64,000 nucleotides of DNA from a virus, in IMG/VR virus record IMGVR_UViG_3300043256_000135, positions 1-64,000 of that record; one strand, given 5' to 3'. The notes beneath the pieces were generated by a model, which did no database searches, had not been told where the DNA came from, and saw only the letters and a program-made list of their open reading frames with translations. This document shows positions 35,841-44,532 of this stretch, piece by piece; position 1 is the stretch's first letter; each line of letters opens with the position of its first letter. Position numbers and translations under genes: made by a program.

Positions 35841-36195
35841 ATGGTGTACACGGGTGTACACCATTGCACCGCTGCACTGGTGTACACCAAAACACCCAAT
35901 TAGAGCCCACTGGTGGGCGAGTACACGATGTACACCGTTGTACACTATCTCTAGAGAGGGTACAGGGAAAGTACAGAAAGGACGTGTAGAACGCACGTTT
36001 CCCGGGCAACCCGCAATCCACCCGTGTACATGGTGTACACCCGTGCCACCCTTATCCCACAAGGACTTACGACGCCACTATTGCAGCCATGCAATAGTGG
36101 CACCCGTGTACAGATAGGGCTGGATGTTTCCCGATCGGGAACTTTTGGGCCGGATCGGCCACACGGCGGCCGATCCTTCCCGGACGGGAAAGCCC
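35841..36195. repeat. Iteron- and hairpin-rich non-coding region (candidate replication origin)
   Basis: About 11 GTACA cores; inverted repeats at 35841-35864, 35878-35889, 36074-36101, 36128-36141, 36147-36195. Confidence 0.7.
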
Positions 36196-36480
36196 TCAGA
36201 CTTCTGGGGTGCCTAGGAGCCCCGCTACGGCCTTCACCAATAGAAGGGCCACTGGGACCATCAGGCCATAGAAGAGCCGCCTCACGCCAGCCGCGGCCTG
36301 TTCCAGGCGATCCAGGCGGACATTGTGTCCCTTGATCCCATTGCCATCGCCGACTAGGATCGATTGGACCTTTTTTGCCCGGGCGTCCAAGGTGTCGATC
36401 TTCTCGTCCAGGCCCTTCAGGACGACCAGGGTCTCGGCCTGAGTCACCTCGATTTCGCGCAGTCTTTCGTCGATTTCCAC
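36196..36480 (-). CDS. Coiled-coil protein with C-terminal TM (XhlA/holin-like), leaderless GTG
   Basis: TATACT-N5-GTG; GDGNG.G...RLDRLE + TM helix. Confidence 0.7.
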   Translation of the reverse strand: MEIDERLREIEVTQAETLVVLKGLDEKIDTLDARAKKVQSILVGDGNGIKGHNVRLDRLEQAAAGVRRLFYGLMVPVALLLVKAVAGLLGTPEV

Positions 36481-36513
36481 ACCAGAGTATAGGCCAACGT
36501 GGTATACTCGTCC
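36481..36513. promoter_or_regulatory. Bidirectional leaderless promoter AGTATA-N11-TATACT
   Basis: Each -10 sits 5 nt from a start codon (36480 minus, 36514 plus). Confidence 0.75.
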
Positions 36514-36645
36514 ATGAAGAACAATTTCACGCTGTTTGCCAAGATGGGGGTCCTAACCATCGGGGTTATTGTCCTGAACATAGTTGCTCTGCTGGCGGTG
36601 GTTGCTGGCGCCCTGTGGCTGCTCCAGGAATTCGGTGTACTGTGA
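36514..36645 (+). CDS. 43-aa membrane peptide
   Basis: MKNNFTLFAKMGVLTIGVIVLNIVALLAVVAGALWLLQEFGVL; below ORF-track cutoff. Confidence 0.65.
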   Translation: MKNNFTLFAKMGVLTIGVIVLNIVALLAVVAGALWLLQEFGVL

Positions 36646-36860
36646 AAACCATAGATGCAATTTGTCAGCGCGTCATACGTGAGTGCCAGAAGATAGAGGC
36701 AATGGCAACAGGGCGCGATACCTTCTGGATCCAGAGCCAACACAACGGTGCAGAAATCCAAGTCTGCGACATTGTGGCGAAGCGCGCCCTGTCCCAGGAT
36801 CGCCAGAAAGAGCTGGTGAACTGGTGGCTGGAAAACGTGACGTCGCTTCTACTTCCCTAG
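36642..36860 (+). CDS. Hypothetical protein
   Basis: GTGA overlap with the previous gene. Confidence 0.6.
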   Translation: MKTIDAICQRVIRECQKIEAMATGRDTFWIQSQHNGAEIQVCDIVAKRALSQDRQKELVNWWLENVTSLLLP

Positions 36861-36869
36861 GCGCTGAAC

Positions 36870-37034
36870 ATGTGGACTACACATATATTCGACCTAGGAA
36901 GATGGGTGTCCATACGTACTGGAAAGCACCAACAGCCATGGACCTACGGTAGCCGAGAAGCGGCCTTAGAGGCCATCAACGACTACAGAAAGAAGTGGCC
37001 GATGGTACACCTACGGCTGCGAATCACACACTGA
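36870..37034 (+). CDS. 54-aa hypothetical protein (paralog of 6156..6320)
   Basis: MWTTHIFDLGRWVSIRTGKHQQPWTYGSREAALEAINDYRKKWPMVHLRLRITH. Confidence 0.6.
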   Translation: MWTTHIFDLGRWVSIRTGKHQQPWTYGSREAALEAINDYRKKWPMVHLRLRITH

Positions 37035-37041
37035 GGACAGC

Positions 37042-37383
37042 ATGAATCACCACGACTTCCGATCCACCCCGGACCTTAGCTGGATAGACTCATTGTTCGC
37101 CTGCCCGGGTCGGCTTGAGCTGTTTGGTCCGGACGATTGCCCCATACCCGGCAGCCAGCGGCTGTTGAAACCGATCGACCCCACCGGGTATGAGGCAGAC
37201 CATGCAATTAGTTGTGGAGCGCGCTATGAAGCCTTCTACCCCAAGAATAGATGCGGACGCCGGACCCCAATCTCACATTACCGGGTTACTGGTGGGGACA
37301 TGGAGGATGGATTGCAGGCATTCTTGCAAGAATTCGTAAAGACCGATCGTGATACTCTGATGGTCTACATCCCACAGCCCTAG
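37042..37383 (+). CDS. Hypothetical protein
   Basis: GAGGA SD; stop overlaps the stop of the convergent tail gene. Confidence 0.6.
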   Translation: MNHHDFRSTPDLSWIDSLFACPGRLELFGPDDCPIPGSQRLLKPIDPTGYEADHAISCGARYEAFYPKNRCGRRTPISHYRVTGGDMEDGLQAFLQEFVKTDRDTLMVYIPQP

Positions 37384-40301
37384 GCACTGAACGTCCCGTA
37401 CGCCACCCGGACGGCACTGGGATTCTCGATCTCCACGAACTGGGGATCCGGGCTCTCATTCACAGTGTGACGCAGCTCGATGGTGTCCGAGGAGGTCAGG
37501 GACGCGGTGACCCCGCTGGTGCCCCCAGCGGTGATGATGACAGACCAACTGCCGCCGTTGATGCGGTGCTCCACGTCGCTAGTGGAGTAGGCAGCCCCGA
37601 TGCGCACTGTGAACACGCCCCCAACGATCGTAGCGTAGCTGTTCGAGATGTCCCCGGCCCGCAGGTTCCCGCCCAGGTAGAACAGGCCGTCGTTGACCGA
37701 CGTGGGCACCACGTCGTGGATGAACGTCTGCCGGCTGGTTAGGTCCACCTCGGTGCCGATGTCGTGCCGAGTCTCGATCTGCACCCGGATTTCCGTGCCG
37801 GCTGCCGCAATCTCTTGAATCTCCAGGCGGTCGATGATGGCGGACAGGCTGGTGCCGGTGGCCCAAGCGGTCGGGCTGCTGGCGATCTCGGTGTTGACGC
37901 CGTCGGGATCCACGAACACCCTCACCCGGAACTCGGTGCTGGCGTCCACGCTGGTGTCGTCGGCCAGCATCGCAGCCAGCTCATCGCCGTTGGTGAAGTT
38001 GCGCCGGAACCAATCCACATCGAAACCGAAGGTGTTCTCCCCAGCCCCACCGTCGCCCTCCACGTCCGGGGCACCGTACTCAGTGGCCCCACCGTTGTAC
38101 AGGACGGCTGCCGGAGGGTAGGGGCGGATGGTCCGCTTGGCCATGGTCAGGGCTACCGGGGTCACGGCGCCCGCGTAGGTGGCGATGGACGACCGCATCC
38201 GCAATTCGATGTCCACGTTGTTGGTATTGACGAAGTTGGTGTCGGTGATGCCCGAGCCCAGGTGGAGCAGGAACACATCGTCGTTCGCCGCATGGGCGAC
38301 TTGCGCGCTGTCCAGCACGCCGCGGAAGACGCCGTCCAGACTCACGTCAGGCCCGCTGGTGGTCGCGTCCCGCACCAGCATGAACTCGTCATTGACCATG
38401 ATCAGTTGGGCCAAATGCTGCCCCAGATCCGAGTCGCTGGCCGTGTCGTCGAAGGCGGCCTCCAAATCCGTCTGGGAATCAGGGGTCGCATTGATCAGGA
38501 TGCTGGCAGTCGGATTCGCCACGCCCGCGGTAAGGGCGGCATCCAGCTGGCCGATCTTCGTGAACTGGAACACCTCACCCGCCTCGGAGTAGGAGCCGGC
38601 TGGGGCACCACTCGCGTGTCGCTCCTTGATCAAGAAGGTGACTTCGCCGCCCTGCCGCCGGGCCGAGCAAATGATCTTGGTAACCGTATCGTCCCCGACG
38701 TACTTCGGATCCCGCACCACGATGGCCCGCGGGACTTCTAGAGCCACCAGCTGCGCGGCCGGATAGGCCACCAGCGAGACAACGGGCGGGGTCCAGCCGG
38801 TGGCCGGTGGGGTGCCCATGGACGCAGCAGAGAACTGGAACACATCCTGAACCACGGACAGAGTCATCTTGTTGGACTGGAGCCGGCCATAGTCGATCCG
38901 GGTGATCCGCATGGGCAGCTTCGTGAAGCCCAAGCGGGCGTTTGTCCACGCGACCACATCACCGATGGACAGCTCCCACATCTGCCGGTTGACAATCAAG
39001 GTGCAGCGGGCCAGGGGGTAACTTTGCGCCCGCAGGGCACGCCATGCGAAGATGGACGCCAGGGCGCTGTTCTTGCAACCGGGGTAATTGATCTTGGCGC
39101 TGACGGTCGAAGCACCCGCGATCGTGCCGTTGCCTTGGATCATAGCATTCGCCATGTCCTGGGCCAGGGCGAACGACGCCTTGTAGTCGTCGTCGCGCTT
39201 GATGTAGCCTACACTGATGGTGTTGGTGGTGTCAGCCCAGCTGCCGCGGGAGTAGTCACGAACCTCGGACACATTGTCGTCGGTCAGCTGCGGCACAGTA
39301 TCGATATCGTAGTCAGCTCGGGCCAGCTTGATGGCCCATTTCCCGGTCGTCTGATCCAGGAAGACCACACCATCAATATGGCGTTGCAGCTCGGCTAGGA
39401 TTTCCTTGGCCGGCGTTTCCCTGTCCAGCAGCATACTGAAGCCATTGACTTCGGTGATCATGGTGTCGGCGGCAGCCAGAAAGTTGGGAAGATCGATGTC
39501 GGTGACCGACACCTCTTTCCCGAAGCCCCACTCTTCGTTTGTTAGGATCTCGTAGATTACGTTCACCGGATTGGCATCCACACCGACTTTGTCCTCACCG
39601 GCGCCTTGGCCCGAGAAGATGCCGGTGTATCGCTCCAGCTCAGCCGACCACGGTTTGATGGACGTACTCATGCCCAAAGAGGCCCCACGGTTGCTGGCCA
39701 GTGGGGCGGCGCTGGTGAACTGCCGGGCGACCATGTAGCATGTGCCCGAGTAGCGCGGGGCCGTCGGGGTGATGGCCGACGCGACCCGCTGCCGAGCGTC
39801 GTCGTTCAGGTAGGCGTTCACGGCCTGGGTGGTGCTACCGGTGTAGAAGTCGCAGGTAGCCTGCACGCCGCCCTGCCCAAGTTCCTCACCGCCGAAGAGG
39901 TCCGGCTTGTCAATGTCGAAAAAAGTGTTGGTCGAAACGGTGCCGGAGAATACCTCATCGTCGCCGATCCACACCCGCTTCAGGACCACGTCTGGGCCGC
40001 GGCACATAGCGAGCTGCATACCCAGGTGGTAGCGGAAGCCTGTTGTAATGCGTTCAGAACTCCATAGACCGGTCTTGATCTTCTCGGTGATGGCGTCCTG
40101 GAGTAGGTCGCCAAACCAGATGACGTTGGGGCCCTTCTGGCGCACGCGGCCCCAGATCAACGGAACGTGGCGATCCTCGGTGGTCGTCGGGAACGTGAAG
40201 TCACCCAGGCCCGCGGGGCGTGCATTCTCTATGTTTGGCTTCGGCCGGAGCAGCTCTGACAGCACGACCGAGATCACGAACAGCAGCAGGGTAGTGAACA
40301 T
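37380..40301 (-). CDS. Tail tip/central fibre protein (GTA/YuA-like)
   Basis: N-terminal FPT..E.R.VP.IWG...GPNV.W.GD; phage-tail_3-like core; position. Confidence 0.85.
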   Translation of the reverse strand: MFTTLLLFVISVVLSELLRPKPNIENARPAGLGDFTFPTTTEDRHVPLIWGRVRQKGPNVIWFGDLLQDAITEKIKTGLWSSERITTGFRYHLGMQLAMCRGPDVVLKRVWIGDDEVFSGTVSTNTFFDIDKPDLFGGEELGQGGVQATCDFYTGSTTQAVNAYLNDDARQRVASAITPTAPRYSGTCYMVARQFTSAAPLASNRGASLGMSTSIKPWSAELERYTGIFSGQGAGEDKVGVDANPVNVIYEILTNEEWGFGKEVSVTDIDLPNFLAAADTMITEVNGFSMLLDRETPAKEILAELQRHIDGVVFLDQTTGKWAIKLARADYDIDTVPQLTDDNVSEVRDYSRGSWADTTNTISVGYIKRDDDYKASFALAQDMANAMIQGNGTIAGASTVSAKINYPGCKNSALASIFAWRALRAQSYPLARCTLIVNRQMWELSIGDVVAWTNARLGFTKLPMRITRIDYGRLQSNKMTLSVVQDVFQFSAASMGTPPATGWTPPVVSLVAYPAAQLVALEVPRAIVVRDPKYVGDDTVTKIICSARRQGGEVTFLIKERHASGAPAGSYSEAGEVFQFTKIGQLDAALTAGVANPTASILINATPDSQTDLEAAFDDTASDSDLGQHLAQLIMVNDEFMLVRDATTSGPDVSLDGVFRGVLDSAQVAHAANDDVFLLHLGSGITDTNFVNTNNVDIELRMRSSIATYAGAVTPVALTMAKRTIRPYPPAAVLYNGGATEYGAPDVEGDGGAGENTFGFDVDWFRRNFTNGDELAAMLADDTSVDASTEFRVRVFVDPDGVNTEIASSPTAWATGTSLSAIIDRLEIQEIAAAGTEIRVQIETRHDIGTEVDLTSRQTFIHDVVPTSVNDGLFYLGGNLRAGDISNSYATIVGGVFTVRIGAAYSTSDVEHRINGGSWSVIITAGGTSGVTASLTSSDTIELRHTVNESPDPQFVEIENPSAVRVAYGTFSA

Positions 40302-40320
40302 CAGTCCACCCCCCGGGTGC

Positions 40321-40740
40321 CTAGCTGTGCTTGGCTAGGTACTCGATCGCAGCCTGTAGTCGGTTGGGGTCGTCCTTCATAAAGCCAAGAGCTGTATTGC
40401 AGCAACCGCACAGCATCTCGCGAATCTTGCCCGTCTCGTGGCAGTGGTCCACGTGCAAGCGTCCCCATCGTCGATCTGTGGGCGGCCCGCCGCAGATTGC
40501 ACATAAGCCGTTCTGCGCGGCTATCATTTCGTCTGCCCTCTCCCGAGTCACGCCATGCTGTTGTTTGAAGACTTTTGCGCGAACCTTTTCGGGATTGGCT
40601 TGGCGCCACTTCTTGGCCAACTCTGCCATTCGAGCATGTTGTTTCGGCGTGCGCGGATTTCTTCGGTGCCAATCGCGGTGATACTTCAGCCGCGCCTCTC
40701 GCTCCTCTAGCGTCTCGTTCTTTTTCTTTGTTGAGACCAT
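40321..40740 (-). CDS. Endonuclease VII-family (HNH) protein with its own promoter
   Basis: CAICG...LHVDHCH.TG.IR.MLC..CN..LG; GTGTGG-TATAAT 8 nt upstream. Confidence 0.9.
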   Translation of the reverse strand: MVSTKKKNETLEEREARLKYHRDWHRRNPRTPKQHARMAELAKKWRQANPEKVRAKVFKQQHGVTRERADEMIAAQNGLCAICGGPPTDRRWGRLHVDHCHETGKIREMLCGCCNTALGFMKDDPNRLQAAIEYLAKHS

Positions 40741-40763
40741 GATATTTCATTATACCACACATC

Positions 40764-41591
40764 CTAGGCAGAGGGAAGTCCATTTTGAAAAAGATCGAAG
40801 TTGGGAGTAAAAGCAAATCCACCAAAGTCGGCGACGCGGTCGAAGACTAGGGCACAGTCGCCTAGGATTAGGTGGTCGCATCCGGCAAAAACTTGCATGT
40901 TCAGCCCGGTTGGGTCGACCTGGAAGGGCAGGAACATCGTCAACACATCACCGGACTGGGCGGTGATCATGCGAAAGTCGTGGGTGCCGGTCGGCCGGAG
41001 ATACCCACCAACGAAGTCGAAGCCGGTGGCGCCCGCGCCGGTCACCGTAATGGTGTCGCCACTGATGGAGGCAGCTGCACCCAAGTGGTCGAAGTTGGTG
41101 GCGATGGCCCCACATGCGGCATCGTAGAGTACATGCTGACACATGGCAGCATATGTGAAGCGCGGCATGAGCCGGTTCATCGCGGACTCAATCGACCGGA
41201 TGGCGAACGTGGCGCTGTGCCCGTCGTTCGGAAAGGCGCATGACTGCACATTGCCCTTGAACAGCAGCACCTGGGTATCGAAGGCGGGGACTTCATCGCG
41301 CTGGTAGCGGAAGATGTTCAGGCCGGCGCCCTGCCCCGGAGGTACAGTGATGTACAGTTGCGCGAACTCATTGTCCGACGGCATGGTGACAGTCAGGTTG
41401 CGGTTGGCCTGATCGCTGCCCTGCTCGATCTTGCCCCGTGCGATAGCCAGCGGCGTGTAAACATCGCCGTCCACGGTCAGCTCATCCTCGGCTGATGTGT
41501 AGCGGAAGGCGTCCGAGCCCAGGGTGAACTCGTACAGCTCGATCGGGCGTGACTCCTCAACGCTCTGTTCTAGGGTATCAAGATCGGCCAT
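40764..41591 (-). CDS. Tail assembly protein (DUF2163/BR0599-like)
   Basis: PIELYEF, RYTSA, C.H.LYD..C, AGCD....C...F...FGGF. Confidence 0.85.
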   Translation of the reverse strand: MADLDTLEQSVEESRPIELYEFTLGSDAFRYTSAEDELTVDGDVYTPLAIARGKIEQGSDQANRNLTVTMPSDNEFAQLYITVPPGQGAGLNIFRYQRDEVPAFDTQVLLFKGNVQSCAFPNDGHSATFAIRSIESAMNRLMPRFTYAAMCQHVLYDAACGAIATNFDHLGAAASISGDTITVTGAGATGFDFVGGYLRPTGTHDFRMITAQSGDVLTMFLPFQVDPTGLNMQVFAGCDHLILGDCALVFDRVADFGGFAFTPNFDLFQNGLPSA

Positions 41592-41593
41592 GG

Positions 41594-43420
41594 CTAGTTG
41601 TCGTCAAAGACTTGGACCACCGGCTGCTGGCAAGTGGCGAGTCCGACGCGGGGGTGGTTGATCACAAAGTTGTCCGCGCCGAAGCGGCCCAGCTCGTAGA
41701 ACTGCACGCGGACGATCTCGGCCACAGTCCGGTTCGCGGGCCACGTCGTATCCAGAGTGAGTCGCTCAGTCGTGGTGTCCACGTTGGCGACGGACTGCAC
41801 GATGCGTACCAAGCTGGTGCCGTCGGTGAACGTGATGCGGAACGTATCCTTGGGCGCTCGCGCGTTGATGAACCGCTCGTACTCAATGTTCTCGATGTCC
41901 ATCGTGTTGGCGGCGCTGACCAGATCGGCCTTCACTTCCAGGTCCTCGATCCAGGTCGGTGTGTAGAATGCCTTCTGGCGGCCGGCCAGAGCGATCAACA
42001 CGCGGCGGAAATTCAGGGTCTCCAGGCGGCTGCGCAGAACGAAGCCCTTCTGGTGGTGCCGCTTGTTGCGATCCCAGGTACTGGAGAGGGCGATCAAGCC
42101 GGTGCTGTTATCTATACGGTAGATGCGCCGCTTATACTCTTCAGCCATTTCGCCCGAAACTACGTTGCAATCATCGAACAGCACGCGGCCATTGTATGTC
42201 GAGTAGGCGGCGGTGCTGCCGGCCAGGGCCCCAGTATCGTTGTCGTTTACCTCGAATCTGATCTTGAACGTCTCCAGATTGTTCTGCGCCCGGGCGGCGG
42301 CGACGGTTCCCAGGACCGTGGCTGCCCGCAGGGGCATGATCAGGGTGCCCACCGGGTAGGCGTTCACGCTCGCGTCGGTGGCGGTGATGGTCGTGGCGGT
42401 CAGCGAGTCGATGGTGATCACGTCAAACGTATTCGCATCGGTGATGATCACGGCCAGCCCGCCCAAGCGTAGGTCGACCTCATCAGCGTTGGTTACCGGG
42501 TATACTGTGGCGCCGGAGCTAACCGCTGCGGTTAGCTCCAGAGCCTCATCCCACACCGGGAACCCGAAGACATTGTCGGTCCAATCCATGATGAAGGCTT
42601 GCATTCGCTGCCGTTCGTTCGTGGTCAGTTTGTAAATTACCTCGAATATCTGGCGCGGCTGCTTTCGCAGGGCGATGCGCTGTTCTTTGCCGGACAAGGC
42701 AGTAATGATGTCGGTCAGGAAGGCCAGCGTTTCCTTCACTGGTGCCTCATACTGTGTGGGCATCAGGACAATTCGCGTGCCCGAGATGAACAGCTGCGGG
42801 GCATCGCTGCTGTCGAAGCTGAAGTCCAGTGTAGTATCGAAGGTTGCTAGCCCATTCTGTGCGGCGATCACCTCACGCTTGACCATGGTACCTAGCGCCA
42901 GGGTGTCGCTCAGGTTGTCGGTCGTCGCGGCGTCCAGCATGGAGGTCTGGCGTGGCACCACTTCCGGCGTGCTTTCGTCGGGCAAGCTAACGCCCGGCGT
43001 CGCATTGTTCGTGATGCTGTCCAGCGTGATGCTCACCTCGCGGTGCGCACTGTACATCTCGTAGTCTTCCTGCTTCTGGGTGATGATGTTGCCGAACGCG
43101 ATCTCGGTTCGAGGCAGGACGTGCACCTTCTCCCACCAGTCGATCATGCTGGTGGTATGGTCGGCAAAGCTGGCTACAACCACACCCTGCTCGGTACCCG
43201 CCGGGCGGGCTACCAGGGTGGGGCGATCCTGGTTGGTGCGCAGCCCACTGTTGTCGGGCAGGTTGATGAGCACCGCCTCGAATAGACCACTGGTCCCAGG
43301 CGTCTGCGTTGGACGACCGAAGCCACCCTCAAACCCCAGGCCCGTCAGGTACGCGCGGGGGAAGGTGTCTAGTTGCCCATCAGTGAAGATGAACGATGCG
43401 CCTTGGTCTACTCCGGCCAT
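41594..43420 (-). CDS. Virion structural/distal tail protein
   Basis: E.L.FLTD......G.EQRIALR..PR, GR...FY.PTW pattern. Confidence 0.8.
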   Translation of the reverse strand: MAGVDQGASFIFTDGQLDTFPRAYLTGLGFEGGFGRPTQTPGTSGLFEAVLINLPDNSGLRTNQDRPTLVARPAGTEQGVVVASFADHTTSMIDWWEKVHVLPRTEIAFGNIITQKQEDYEMYSAHREVSITLDSITNNATPGVSLPDESTPEVVPRQTSMLDAATTDNLSDTLALGTMVKREVIAAQNGLATFDTTLDFSFDSSDAPQLFISGTRIVLMPTQYEAPVKETLAFLTDIITALSGKEQRIALRKQPRQIFEVIYKLTTNERQRMQAFIMDWTDNVFGFPVWDEALELTAAVSSGATVYPVTNADEVDLRLGGLAVIITDANTFDVITIDSLTATTITATDASVNAYPVGTLIMPLRAATVLGTVAAARAQNNLETFKIRFEVNDNDTGALAGSTAAYSTYNGRVLFDDCNVVSGEMAEEYKRRIYRIDNSTGLIALSSTWDRNKRHHQKGFVLRSRLETLNFRRVLIALAGRQKAFYTPTWIEDLEVKADLVSAANTMDIENIEYERFINARAPKDTFRITFTDGTSLVRIVQSVANVDTTTERLTLDTTWPANRTVAEIVRVQFYELGRFGADNFVINHPRVGLATCQQPVVQVFDDN

Positions 43421-44529
43421 CAGTTCTTCTTGTACATGATCCCTTGGTGGATTGATGTATCAGATGCAGTTGGGGAATCGCTTCTTTGGCGAGAGGGGAA
43501 GAGCACCCACGTATCGCCACCAATGACAATCTCCTGCTCAGCCGTAAACTGGTCGAGGTTGATTCCACGAACGTCAACCATGCCCCCCATTGGGCCAAAA
43601 ATTGTAGTCGACCCGGCTTGATCCCAGTAGAAGATTGCGATCGGGTAGCCGGGTAAGAAGCCCTTATCGAGGCTCGGCAGGGCCTGCCCGAAGTCGGTGG
43701 CGAACTGGTTGCCGCGGAACCCGCCGACGAACAGCACACGCTCCGTATCGCTACCGCCCCCAGCGCTCTGTCGGTCCAGGCCCAGATCGGCTTGGTTGCC
43801 GCCGACGACGCCCCACAGGCCGGCCCCAGTCTGGAGCGGCAGGCCGTCGGCCTGGATCGTTGCCATAAACAGTTCCATGCCGTTCGTGGGATCGGGAGAA
43901 GAGCCATCTTTCGTGAGGCCATCCAACAAATGTGTGTTGCCAACTCGAACTCCGTTGTCGGACGTGGTAGCTGTATGGCGGGCGCCATAGGCGTAGGAGC
44001 CGCCGTTCCAATCGTTGAACTTCTGCAACTCGCCGAAGCCGAAGTGCACGTACTTTCCGGCGGTCGTCTCCACGACGACGTGGACCGCCTCGACAGGGGT
44101 CACCGTGACAAAGGCCCAGTACTGAATCGGGGTATCCCCTGCAAGGTCAACCCTGCGCGCGCCTGCGATGGTGGCGTCCGTCGTACTTGCGGCCCCATTG
44201 CCGCTGTCATTGTCCTGATCCCAGGGCCCAGCGCGTGTGTCGTTGTAGTTACCAACTCCGCTGGCGTGGTCGTACTGGTAGATGCCCAGATAACGCGGAG
44301 AGCCAGTGTCCCACTGAAACGCCACTTGGATGTCTGGGGTGTTTGTGCCGAGGGCAACCTTGCTCCACGCGGCCTCGCCGGTGGACGTGTCCACCCCGAG
44401 CGTGCCGAGTCCGTCAAGATCCTCGCCGGTCCACGCGGGGTTACCGCCGCCTCCGAGTGTTAGGAACGTGTCCAACTTGGTCATGAAATCCGCGATGCTG
44501 GACGTGGTTTCGTTGATGAAAAGTGCCAT
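43420..44529 (-). CDS. Virion structural protein (tail-associated)
   Basis: Position after tape measure; EIVIGGDTWVLFP C-terminus. Confidence 0.75.
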   Translation of the reverse strand: MALFINETTSSIADFMTKLDTFLTLGGGGNPAWTGEDLDGLGTLGVDTSTGEAAWSKVALGTNTPDIQVAFQWDTGSPRYLGIYQYDHASGVGNYNDTRAGPWDQDNDSGNGAASTTDATIAGARRVDLAGDTPIQYWAFVTVTPVEAVHVVVETTAGKYVHFGFGELQKFNDWNGGSYAYGARHTATTSDNGVRVGNTHLLDGLTKDGSSPDPTNGMELFMATIQADGLPLQTGAGLWGVVGGNQADLGLDRQSAGGGSDTERVLFVGGFRGNQFATDFGQALPSLDKGFLPGYPIAIFYWDQAGSTTIFGPMGGMVDVRGINLDQFTAEQEIVIGGDTWVLFPSRQRSDSPTASDTSIHQGIMYKKN

Positions 44530-44532
44530 GGC

